Of a stretch of DNA of 64,000 nt, positions 38,988-47,674 are shown piece after piece. The notes under the pieces were generated by a model that worked only from the letters and a program-made list of their open reading frames with translations, made no database searches and was not told where the DNA came from. The DNA lies in NCBI GenBank assembly GCA_964443975.1, contig CAYUFS010000023.1:1953-65952 (forward strand). The letters run 5' to 3'. A program made the position numbers and the translations under genes. The first letter of the stretch is position 1. Each line of letters opens with the position of its first letter. The DNA comes from an uncultured Myxococcales bacterium. Lineage in GTDB: Bacteria; Myxococcota_A; Polyangia; Fen-1088.

Positions 38988-39944
38988 CTACTGCGTGACC
39001 GCGGTCAGTGACTCGAGGCAGAAGTCGAAGGGATTGGCGGCAGTGGCCAAACCCGGAATCTGGATCTCGATGAGCGCGATCAGGGTCGGATCCCAGGTTT
39101 CCACGGTCTCCCACGAACCCTGCCCGAGCGGTGGAACGGACGCCAAGACCGTATTCGCGCCGAGCGTGGTGACGGTGGCGAAGAACACGTTGTCGTCGCC
39201 TTTCTTCCCGTAGGCAAACCGAACTCCGCCGGAGGGGAGCGTCCCCGACAGCACAAAGCTGAATCCCTTGACGCCGTTCTTGGTCAGGTTGAAGGGCTGC
39301 TGCCCCCCCGTGTCATTCAGCTCGAAGCCGATGCCTCCATAGGAGCTCGAGGCGGCAAGGAGGGTTCCCTTCGTGCACATCTTGCCGCCGACGTTCGTGA
39401 AGCTTCCCTTGCCGGGAGAAATTGTCGATGCGGTGTCGGAGTAAGCGAACCAGTTGCCGTTGATTCCGAGGGAGTTGCTCGCGGCATCGACATGCCCGGT
39501 GGCGTCCGGCGTGATCAGAACACCAGGGCCGGCCCCCATGGAACCACCGTTGCCCGAGGAGCCACCGCTGGCCGAGGAGCCACCGCTGGGCGAGGAGCCG
39601 CCGCTGGCCGAGGATCCACCGCTGGCCGAGGAGCCACCGCTGGCCGAGGATCCACCGCTGGCCGAGGATCCACCGCTGGCCGAGGATCCACCGCTGGCCG
39701 AGGATCCGCCGCTGGCCGAGGATCCGCCGCTGGCGGACGAGCCGCCGCTGGCGGACGAGCCGCCACTCGCGGACGAGCCGCCACTCGCGGACGAGCCGCC
39801 GCTGCCCGAGCCGCCTGACGAGGTTCCGCCGCCCGAACCGGACGATGAGCCGCCACCGCCAGCGGAGCAGGCCATCGCCATCAGAGGAGCAGCCATGATT
39901 GCAATCAACGAAGAGTGGGGCCGACCGAGCTTCATTGACCTCAC
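38988..39944 (-). CDS. Lipoprotein with a (GGSSAS)n tandem-repeat linker and an unknown C-terminal domain
   Basis: Lipobox LMAMACSAG, about 15 exact SGGSSA repeats, and a C-terminal ~170-aa domain (GINGNWFAYSDTAS...CTKGTLLAASSSYGGIGFELND...). Confidence 0.65.
   Translation of the reverse strand: MRSMKLGRPHSSLIAIMAAPLMAMACSAGGGGSSSGSGGGTSSGGSGSGGSSASGGSSASGGSSASGGSSASGGSSASGGSSASGGSSASGGSSASGGSSASGGSSASGGSSASGGSSPSGGSSASGGSSGNGGSMGAGPGVLITPDATGHVDAASNSLGINGNWFAYSDTASTISPGKGSFTNVGGKMCTKGTLLAASSSYGGIGFELNDTGGQQPFNLTKNGVKGFSFVLSGTLPSGGVRFAYGKKGDDNVFFATVTTLGANTVLASVPPLGQGSWETVETWDPTLIALIEIQIPGLATAANPFDFCLESLTAVTQ
39541..39830 (-). repeat. Near-perfect 18-nt tandem repeat (about 15 units) encoding the GGSSAS linker
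   Basis: Units gccgaggatccaccgctg / gccgaggagccaccgctg are read directly on the plus strand. The period is 18 nt and the array stays in frame. Confidence 0.85.
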
Positions 39945-40031
39945 ACTAGTACCTCAGGCCCGAAATGGCCATCCAGCAGACGGCAAGTTGGCCCCGTCCC
40001 GCGGCGCGCGAGGCGTTTCGGGCCGGCGTCT

Positions 40032-41126
40032 TCAGCCAGCCGCCCTGACGTGTCGCGGCGCCGTCGAGGCGAGGTGGAACCGCCCGGACGCGGCGGACTG
40101 GCTCGCAAGGTACGCCTGGAACCGCGGCGTGCAAGCCTCGGCGTCGAGCTCGATCCGGCCGTAGTTTTGACCAAAGAGACTGTTCGTGAACTCGAGTTGC
40201 AAGAGCAAGCGCTCTCCGGCCTCGGGGGCCTTGCCCTTGTGGAAGCCGCGCGTGTCGACCGCGAAGATGCTGCCGCGCGGAGCGGTCAGCTCGACGAGAT
40301 CTCCTGGCGGAAAATGTCGGGCGATCTCGTCATCGGGGATCCTGCCGTCGCGAAGCAACTCACGAGGCTTGCGCCGGCACGAGCCCCGGACGTAGCAGTG
40401 GGGCGAGCTCACGGACGTCACGTCCGAAAGATAGATGAAGAACTTGAGAAACTTCAGGCGGTCCATGTCGAAGTGATAGAGCTGGGCGGCCTTCGAAAGC
40501 GCCTCCACGGAGTTGCTGAACGGCGCGACCCACCACATCGACACGAAGTCGAGGATGGGCGTGCAGCCGAGGTAGGCGGTCGCGACCGCGCGAATGGATT
40601 CGTCGAGCAGCAAGGCCTGGACGTCCGCGTTCGCGGCGACCACGGCCTCGGGCAGATCGTACCGGTTGGCGACGAGGCGCGCGCGATCATAGAGCTGGGG
40701 GCCCCCGGCCACGCCGCCGATGCCGCCAAGCTTGCACGGCGTTCGCAGCGCCAGCCCGCGCAAACCATCGCACACCTCCTCGGGCAGCCGCTGCTCGAAG
40801 ACGTAAAAGCCGTCCCGTCCGATGGCCTCGACGATGGTGTCGAGGCGCGCGTCGTCCGTGGCGCCGAGCACTCCGCTCGCCGCCGCGGGACGGGCACCCC
40901 CGCCAGTGTTCTTCGAGAGAAGCTGGTGAACGAGATCGTTGAACTCGCCGTTCGTGGCGCAGAACAATCGCCGCATGGCCAGGTAGGCGGGAACCGGGGT
41001 CTCACCCGTGCGCTCGAATTCGCGGTACCCGGCGATGAAGGTCGCGATGAGCTCGGAGAACGGGGACGGGCCCGCGGACAGGACAGGCCCGAAGGCCGCG
41101 TCGAGGACATTGCTGAATGACGTCAT
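40032..41126 (-). CDS. Putative phytanoyl-CoA dioxygenase (PhyH)-like Fe(II)/2-oxoglutarate oxygenase
   Basis: Start at the internal Met (MTSFSNVLDAAFGP...). An HxD...H arrangement (LYHFDMD ... TRGFHKG) fits the PhyH double-stranded beta-helix fold. The call is weak. Confidence 0.4.
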   Translation of the reverse strand: MTSFSNVLDAAFGPVLSAGPSPFSELIATFIAGYREFERTGETPVPAYLAMRRLFCATNGEFNDLVHQLLSKNTGGGARPAAASGVLGATDDARLDTIVEAIGRDGFYVFEQRLPEEVCDGLRGLALRTPCKLGGIGGVAGGPQLYDRARLVANRYDLPEAVVAANADVQALLLDESIRAVATAYLGCTPILDFVSMWWVAPFSNSVEALSKAAQLYHFDMDRLKFLKFFIYLSDVTSVSSPHCYVRGSCRRKPRELLRDGRIPDDEIARHFPPGDLVELTAPRGSIFAVDTRGFHKGKAPEAGERLLLQLEFTNSLFGQNYGRIELDAEACTPRFQAYLASQSAASGRFHLASTAPRHVRAAG

Positions 41127-41367
41127 GGCGGCTGTGCCGCTGCAAACGGGCGTCCAGGCACGGCGCTCCCCAAGAGGCTCGATGAGTGGGGCTCCCCGGG
41201 CCCAGGGTTGACCTCGCGGGCGCGGCCCAGCGTCGCCAGCGTCAAAATCGTGACGCTGGGGTGCCGCGCTCGCGCCATGATTTTGACCCCCGCGGAGCTC
41301 GGGGAGCCGCCACGCGCGAGCTTGCGCGACCGGACCCGTGGCCGTTGGCTTGCAGACCCGACGACTC

Positions 41368-42639
41368 ATGTCCAATCCAGCCGCCGCAGCGACGACCCCG
41401 ATCCTCCTCGACGAGCTCGAGAACTGGAGCGCCGCGCAGGCCGATCCGTTCCTCGAAGCCATCGTTCACGACCCGGAGATGAAGGCGTTCATCCGCCGAT
41501 TGATGCGGGCGCCGAACGCGCCCATCACCTCGTTGGCGACGCTGGTGACGGCGCTGTGGCAGGGGATGCTGAGCCGTCTCAAGGACATGCCCGAGCCCGA
41601 TCCCAAGCTGACCGAGTCACTCGCGGACGTGGCCCGCTACCTGGCGACGATGCGCGCGACGACGGACGCGTACAACGCCAAGACCAAACCCAATCCCGGC
41701 GCCGTGTTCTGGCCCAATCCCCAGCGCGGCACGTCGCTCTTCGACACGTTGCCCACCGTCAGCAACCTCGGGCTGGTCTCGAAGACGACGCCGGTCGGCT
41801 CCGCGGGGAGCTGCTTCGCCTTCGAGATCGCTTACAGCCTGCAGCGCCGCGGCTTCAACTACGTGGTCACGGAGAGGGGGCACCAGCCCGAGGCGGGCGT
41901 GTTCCTCGACAGCCACAAGCCGGACGACGTCCACGAAAGGTTCACGGCCGGGTACGGGATCCTCTTCAACACCCCGAGCTTCCGCCAGCTCGCCGAGAAG
42001 GCCTTCCATGAGCGTGAGCTGCCGCGTCTCCTGACCCGGCGCCGCGCGGACGACGGCCGCTGGATGTACGCCGATCCATACCGCGAGAACGTGTACTTCT
42101 CGTCGGCCGAGGCCTACGCCGAGGACTACGAGAAGCACCGAACGGCGGTGCGCGAAGGATTTCTCAAGTCGGAGGTCTTCATCATCACACTGGGGCTCAA
42201 CGAGTGCTGGGAGTACATGCCTGACGGCTCCGTCATCTCACGCAACCCGAGCAGCTCCAAGGCGTTGAATGCCCTGCTGCGCCACAAGGTGCTGACCGTC
42301 GAAGAGAACGTCGCCAACGTCCAGCGATTCATCGACGTCATCCGCGCCCACAACCCGAACTTCAAGCTGATCGTCAGCGTGTCTCCCATCCCTTTCCTCG
42401 CCACCGGTCTGGCGCGAACCACGCATGTGGTCACCGCCAATGGTCACTCCAAGGCCGTGCTCCGCGTCGCAGCCGAGGAGCTGGTCAAGCGCAACAAGGA
42501 CGTTCATTACCTGCCGAGCTTCGAGCTCGTCACGTCCTGCATCAAGGACGCGTGGGAAGACGACCAGCGGCACGTGAAGCGATCGTCCGTCGATCGGGTG
42601 ATGACCCTGTTCGACGCCATGTTCGTTGCCGGCTCGTAG
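41368..42639 (+). CDS. GSCFA-family protein
   Basis: Contains the literal family-defining motif GSCFAFEIA. About 420 aa. It is divergent from the PhyH-like gene. Confidence 0.65.
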   Translation: MSNPAAAATTPILLDELENWSAAQADPFLEAIVHDPEMKAFIRRLMRAPNAPITSLATLVTALWQGMLSRLKDMPEPDPKLTESLADVARYLATMRATTDAYNAKTKPNPGAVFWPNPQRGTSLFDTLPTVSNLGLVSKTTPVGSAGSCFAFEIAYSLQRRGFNYVVTERGHQPEAGVFLDSHKPDDVHERFTAGYGILFNTPSFRQLAEKAFHERELPRLLTRRRADDGRWMYADPYRENVYFSSAEAYAEDYEKHRTAVREGFLKSEVFIITLGLNECWEYMPDGSVISRNPSSSKALNALLRHKVLTVEENVANVQRFIDVIRAHNPNFKLIVSVSPIPFLATGLARTTHVVTANGHSKAVLRVAAEELVKRNKDVHYLPSFELVTSCIKDAWEDDQRHVKRSSVDRVMTLFDAMFVAGS

Positions 42640-42949
42640 GCAGATCTCCGCGGCCTTCGGGCCGCTCTCTCAAGTCCCGCCCCCACGACCACCGAGATCG
42701 GACGCAACGTCGCCGAGGCCGCCATGCGCGCCTCAGAGATCGCCAGCAGCATTGCGGGCGTCGCCGCCGCGGCGGGCAGCACCCGAACGGGGGCGACGGA
42801 TACCGAGGAGGCGTCGGCAGGCCTGGCCAAGATGGCGGCCGAGATGCAAACGCTGATCGCGCGATTCAAATACTGACGCCGGTCCGCCCGATGACTTCCC
42901 GGGCGGGGGCGTAGGCCGCCCGGGCTCAATGGCGTAGTCAATTGTCGAC

Positions 42950-44545
42950 TCATTCTCGGCGCGCAGGCGGCCGATCCAGCGCCCCGGCGGGCGGCGGGGC
43001 GTCGGAGTCCCACCCCTTCGCTTCCAGGAAACGCCGGAGGCCGGCGTGGTCCAGAGACAGCGGCGGCAGCCACTCGGCCAACCGGGTGCGTGTCCACCAG
43101 ACCTTGGCGGGCGGCGTTGCCATCTCGTAGCGGTAGAGCTCGACTCGCACGAAGTGGGGGGGCGTGCCGGCGAACGGATCGCCCGCCAGCAACTCGACGG
43201 TCGCCGGATCGCCGCGCAGGAGCTTCCAGACGAAGTGAGCGACGAAGGGGTAGTCGCCCGGGCCACGCATGGCGGCGAACCACATCAGCCAGTCGAGCCG
43301 ATAGTGATAGGGGCTCATCCAGCACGGCCGGCGTGCCGGATCGCCTGGTTTGCACTTGAAGGCGTAGGGGGTCCAGCGGGTGGACGGGGTCACGGTCGCA
43401 TCGGAGGTTCCCTCGAACACCAGCTCGTTGCGTTCGCGTCCGACGCTGCCGAACGCGCCGTAGGTGTTTACGAGCGGCAGGCGCGTGAAGGAGGTGTTCA
43501 TGGCTTGCTCTCCGGAAGCCAGGTTGATCATCACCGGCACACTCAGGACGGCGACGACGATCGCGGCCGCCTGGGCGAGCCGAGACTGCGCCCGTGACGG
43601 CGTCGCAACCGCTGCGGCGCGACGCGCGTGGGCCACCAGGCGCCGAGGCAGGATTCGGCTCCAGACGCCGTCGTCGAAGCACGCCAGGATGGGCACCAGC
43701 GTCAGCCAGTTGAGGAACGACAGATTTCCGCTGGCGAGCAGCACCAGTTGCAGCGTCGCCATGACCGCGCCGGCGACGTGCCGGACCCTTCTGGGTCCGA
43801 ACACGAAGAACGGGGCCAGCAGCTCGGCGACGTGATTGAACAAAACCCCGGCCCTGTGCGCCGCTGCGGGCAACCCGTGAAACCAGGGGCTGAGCGGGTT
43901 CGGGACGGGCTGGGTCTGGAAATGGAAGTCGAGGCAGGTCAGGTCGCGCCAGCACGGATCGCCGCGCAGCTTGATCAGCCCGGCGCCCCACATGATGCGG
44001 ACGATGAGCCAGCGAAACAGCCAGATCGCGACGAGCGAGGGCGGGCGGCGCGGAAACGGCCGGCCGTCGAGCAATGGCACGAGGAACAGCGCGAGAAACC
44101 CGGTCTCGACGAGCTGGAGCTCCCACCCGAAGCTGTAGAAGGTCTGGCCCGCGGGCAGGACCGACACCTGCAGCACCAGGAGCACGAGCAACGCGAGCGC
44201 GTTGCCGTAGCCTGCCAGCAAGAGGATCGAAATGCCGACGCCGAGCCACCCGGCGCCGAACAGGAACCGATCGCCGTCGGCGAGCCAGAACAGCGACGGC
44301 TCCTGCCAGAACGCCGCCCTCCGCGAGCCGAGGGCATCCTCGACCCGTTCGAAGGCGGATGCCGCGGGGAGCAGCCCGTGGCTGCCGAACAGCGCGGGGC
44401 CCTGATTCACCCAGGTGAGGAACGCCATCAAGTACACGAGCCCCAGCAAGCGCAAGATCAAGAACCGCGTCAGCCAGTGTCCGGGTCGGGCGGGCGGCGG
44501 CGGCGAATCCGGCTCGACGGCCCCCAACGCATCGACGGAGCCCAT
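42950..44545 (-). CDS. Lipase maturation factor (LMF1/DUF1222)-family polytopic membrane protein
   Basis: Multiple TM helices, then a C-terminal soluble region with ACFDDGVW, TYGAFGSVGRERNELVFEGT and CWMSPYHYRLDWLMWFAAM blocks characteristic of the LMF family. The start could be 44545, 44611 or 44629. Confidence 0.65.
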   Translation of the reverse strand: MGSVDALGAVEPDSPPPPARPGHWLTRFLILRLLGLVYLMAFLTWVNQGPALFGSHGLLPAASAFERVEDALGSRRAAFWQEPSLFWLADGDRFLFGAGWLGVGISILLLAGYGNALALLVLLVLQVSVLPAGQTFYSFGWELQLVETGFLALFLVPLLDGRPFPRRPPSLVAIWLFRWLIVRIMWGAGLIKLRGDPCWRDLTCLDFHFQTQPVPNPLSPWFHGLPAAAHRAGVLFNHVAELLAPFFVFGPRRVRHVAGAVMATLQLVLLASGNLSFLNWLTLVPILACFDDGVWSRILPRRLVAHARRAAAVATPSRAQSRLAQAAAIVVAVLSVPVMINLASGEQAMNTSFTRLPLVNTYGAFGSVGRERNELVFEGTSDATVTPSTRWTPYAFKCKPGDPARRPCWMSPYHYRLDWLMWFAAMRGPGDYPFVAHFVWKLLRGDPATVELLAGDPFAGTPPHFVRVELYRYEMATPPAKVWWTRTRLAEWLPPLSLDHAGLRRFLEAKGWDSDAPPPAGALDRPPARRE

Positions 44546-44662
44546 GCCGGGCGCGCCGTCGCGGCCAGGTCGCGTGCAACCGAGCTTCCAGAACCTCACC
44601 CGCCGAATCATGGACCTCGACTGGGCCACGCGTCAGGGGGCGGCCATGGTAAGGGTTGGGCC

Positions 44663-45220
44663 ATGCCAGCCGAGAGCCAGAGCCAGCACGACGACATTCG
44701 CGAGCTGATTCGTTCGATCCACGAGGACCGGGTCGCCGCCAAGCAAAAGGAAAAGCGGGAGAGCTGGACGCGCTACGTTTCGCTCATGATCGTGGCGCTT
44801 GCCGTCGCGACGGCGATCGGCTCGCTCAAGTCGGGGGGATTCGGCGGCAAGGTCATGCTGTTTCAGTCGCAGGCCTCGGACACCTGGGCCTTCTACCAGG
44901 CCAAGAGCATCAAGCAGCGCATCGCCGAGATGGAGGCGCACAGCGCGGACGCGGCGTTGGCGGCGAAGGCCGCGTCCGACGTGGCGCGCTACCAGGCCGA
45001 CGAGGGCGAGCTGCTGGGCAAAGCGCAGAAGCTAGAGGCCAACCGCGACGCCATGGCCAAGCATGGTCCTCCGCTGGGGTTCGCCATCGCCAGCTTGCAG
45101 ATCGCGATCGCGCTGGCTTCGGTGTGCCTGATCACCAAGCGCAAGATCCTCTGGGGCGCCTCCGCGCTGCTCGGGGTCATCGGAATCACCTACCTCGTGA
45201 TCGGCCTGTACTTCGTGTGA
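44663..45220 (+). CDS. DUF4337-like small membrane protein
   Basis: Only the last 185 aa of ORF 43628..45220 are plausible; upstream it is antisense to the LMF gene. There is a TM helix near each end, and the QASDTWAFYQAKSIKQ motif resembles DUF4337. Confidence 0.45.
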   Translation: MPAESQSQHDDIRELIRSIHEDRVAAKQKEKRESWTRYVSLMIVALAVATAIGSLKSGGFGGKVMLFQSQASDTWAFYQAKSIKQRIAEMEAHSADAALAAKAASDVARYQADEGELLGKAQKLEANRDAMAKHGPPLGFAIASLQIAIALASVCLITKRKILWGASALLGVIGITYLVIGLYFV

Positions 45221-45459
45221 AGCTCCGGTCGAGAGCTCGGGATCGCCAGGGAGAGGGAAGCCCCGGCTGTCCGGAGCCCGTTACCTGTGTTCCGGGATCG
45301 TTTCCCCGCGGTGCCTCCGGGACCGCCACGCGAGCGCCAGACGCCCGTGGCAACTGGCGTTCGATTTTGGTACAAGCCTTGAAAGTGCCGGGACGGTCTT
45401 CCCCCCTGAACCGCCAATCCGCGATAACCATGCCCAGATTCGAATCCGAGGAGACGCCC

Positions 45460-46752
45460 ATGAGCAAACGCCGCAGTAACGCTTCGAGCCCTGTTGGAAC
45501 GACCATTTCGAGGAAGCTGCTCCTGTTGTCCTGCGTTGGCGCCATGGCTGCGCTCGGCGCTTGCGGCTCGAGCGGGTCGTCACCCGACGGGGGCGTCGGC
45601 GGAGGACAGGGCGGCGCGACGGGCGGCGCTGGGGTCGGCGGGCACGGCGGGTCGGGCGTCGGCGGCCACGCCGCTGGAGGGAAAGGTGGTTCGGCGGCCG
45701 GGGGATCGGCCGTGGGCGGTGGCAACGGCGGCGCCCCGGTCGGCGTCGGCGGTTCGCTCGGAGCCGGAGGTTCGGCCGGCACGCCGGGGGCCGCTGGGAG
45801 CCCGGGCACCGCGGGAGGAACCGCAGGTGGGCCCGGAACGGGTGGCGCCGGCGGGAGCGGTGGCACCGCTGGACACGGCGCGGGGGGCACCGCCGGTCGT
45901 GGCGAGATGGGCGGCAACGCGGGCGGTCCGGCCTCTGGCGGTGGGCGCGGAGGTCGCGGTGGCGCTGGTGGTGGTCGCGGTGGCGCAGGCGGCGCCGGCG
46001 GCGCGAGCTGCGGCGCCGAAACCGAAACGTGCTGCGCGAACCAGACCTGCGACAGCGGCCTCGGGTGCGCGAACCCGGCCGGGCCGGGGCAAGACATCTG
46101 TATGGCGTGCGGAGCGGTGGGCACCGCCTGTTGCGCCGGCGACCGGTGTCAGCCGCACGGGCTCTGCGCAGCGCAGATGTGCGTCGCGTGCGGCGGCGTC
46201 GGTCAGCCTTGCTGCACCACCACCATCGGTGGGCAGACCGAGTGCGGCGCCAACCTCCTCTGTAACACCCAGCTCTTCGGGGCGGGGACGTGCACGCCCT
46301 GTGGCGCCGCCTCCCAGGTGTGTTGCGCAGGAAATACGTGCGGAACCGGGCTCGGCTGCGCCAATCCGGGCGGCGGCGCGCCGCGGACCTGCATGATGTG
46401 CGGAACCGTCGGTGGCGCCTGCTGCCCCGGGGACATTTGCCAGACCGGAAGTGCGTGCGTCGCGAGCGGCGGCGCCGGGGGCGCGGGCGGCGCGCCGGCG
46501 GCAAACAAGTGCGAAGCGTGCGGCGGCGCGAATCAGGCTTGCTGCCCGGGCCAGGGACAGGGCAACGGCACCTGCGGCGCCAACTTCAACTGCACGGCGG
46601 TCGGCGGTGGCGCGCCGGCGATGTGCACCGCTTGTGGAGCCATGAGCCAGCCTTGCTGCGGCACCGGGAACAACCGGACGTGCAGCGGCGGGCTCATGTG
46701 TCTGCAGCCCGTCGGTGGGATGGCAGCGGACGCCCGCTGCAGCTCGCTGTAG
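45460..46752 (+). CDS. Lipoprotein with a Gly-rich linker and about seven Cys-rich repeats
   Basis: Lipobox LGACG, about 170 aa of Gly-rich linker, then repeated CxxCG(x)GxxCCxGxxCxxGxxC modules roughly 35-40 aa long (for example CMACGAVGTACCAGDRCQPHGLC). Confidence 0.7.
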   Translation: MSKRRSNASSPVGTTISRKLLLLSCVGAMAALGACGSSGSSPDGGVGGGQGGATGGAGVGGHGGSGVGGHAAGGKGGSAAGGSAVGGGNGGAPVGVGGSLGAGGSAGTPGAAGSPGTAGGTAGGPGTGGAGGSGGTAGHGAGGTAGRGEMGGNAGGPASGGGRGGRGGAGGGRGGAGGAGGASCGAETETCCANQTCDSGLGCANPAGPGQDICMACGAVGTACCAGDRCQPHGLCAAQMCVACGGVGQPCCTTTIGGQTECGANLLCNTQLFGAGTCTPCGAASQVCCAGNTCGTGLGCANPGGGAPRTCMMCGTVGGACCPGDICQTGSACVASGGAGGAGGAPAANKCEACGGANQACCPGQGQGNGTCGANFNCTAVGGGAPAMCTACGAMSQPCCGTGNNRTCSGGLMCLQPVGGMAADARCSSL

Positions 46753-47032
46753 CAACGCAGGGAGGCCGGGACCAATTTCGCGGGGCCCTGGGGGCTCGGG
46801 GCGGGGCAGGGGCCTCGCGCCTCGGGCTGCCTGGGGCATTCGGACGTCGGGCCTTTGGGGCCTCGGGGGCGTTCAGCGAGCTGAGACAGTTGCGATTGCC
46901 GATCGCGCGTCTGCATAGCCGCTTCCTTCCCGAAGCCAGAAGGCAGAGGCCCGAGGTCACGTCCGGGCGTTCCCGATTCGTAACCAAGAAAATCGTTGAC
47001 GGGGGACGAGTTTGGATTGACACTGCCAAAAT

Positions 47033-47674
47033 ATGAATCGCCGTTCAATTTCTGAACTCCCTCATCAAACCCTGAGGGAGCGCAACCGTTCGACCACGAT
47101 CGAGACGGTGCTGGCGGCGGCCGAGGAGGTTTTCGCCGATCAGGGCCTGCACGCGGCGCACATGGGAGAGATCGCGGCGCGGGCCGGGGTCTCGGTGGGG
47201 ACCCTGTACAATCACTTCAAGGATCGCGAGGATCTGCTGGCGGGCCTGCTCGAGGCGCGGCGCGCGGAGCTGCTCTCCCACCTGGACGAGGCCTTGAAGG
47301 ACGCGGCGGGGCGGCCTGCCATCGACCGCCTGCGGGTGGCGATCGAGACGATGCTGGCCCACAAGAGCCGGCACCGAAAGTTCATGCAGATCCTCCTGCA
47401 GGGCGAGATCGGGCGCTACGAGAACACGTTCCCGTCCGCGTGTCACATGCCGGGCGCGACCCTGCGCGAGATTTACGGGCGGGTCGAAAAGGTGGTGCGC
47501 CAGGGCGTCCGCGATGGAACGCTGCGCGCGGACATCGAGGCCACGGCGCCGATGTTCTTGATGGGGATGGTGCGGTCGCTCGCGATCCGGGATGCGCTGC
47601 GAAAGTCTCAGGGCGATCCCGTCGCGGACGCAGCGGAGCTGTTCGATTTCTTCTTGAAGGGAGCCGCAGCGTGA
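47033..47674 (+). CDS. TetR-family transcriptional regulator
   Basis: N-terminal helix-turn-helix (ETVLAAAEEVFADQGLHAAHMGEIAARAGVSVGTLYNHFKDREDL). Confidence 0.85.
   Translation: MNRRSISELPHQTLRERNRSTTIETVLAAAEEVFADQGLHAAHMGEIAARAGVSVGTLYNHFKDREDLLAGLLEARRAELLSHLDEALKDAAGRPAIDRLRVAIETMLAHKSRHRKFMQILLQGEIGRYENTFPSACHMPGATLREIYGRVEKVVRQGVRDGTLRADIEATAPMFLMGMVRSLAIRDALRKSQGDPVADAAELFDFFLKGAAA

Noticed and set aside
39541-39830. Tandem repeat array considered as a possible CRISPR
   Set aside because: The period is 18 nt with no spacers. The array is in-frame inside a lipoprotein gene and encodes a (GGSSAS)n linker. No cas genes are nearby.
42507-44579. 690-aa minus-strand ORF overlapping the LMF-family gene in another frame
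   Set aside because: Arg-rich (RRRARHGLRR...) low-complexity translation. The alternative frame 42950..44545 carries the TM helices and LMF blocks.
43628-44662. N-terminal 345 codons of plus-strand ORF 43628..45220
   Set aside because: Antisense to the LMF gene and Gln/Arg/Glu-rich. Only the C-terminal 185 aa after the ATG at 44663 (two TM helices, DUF4337-like motif) look real.
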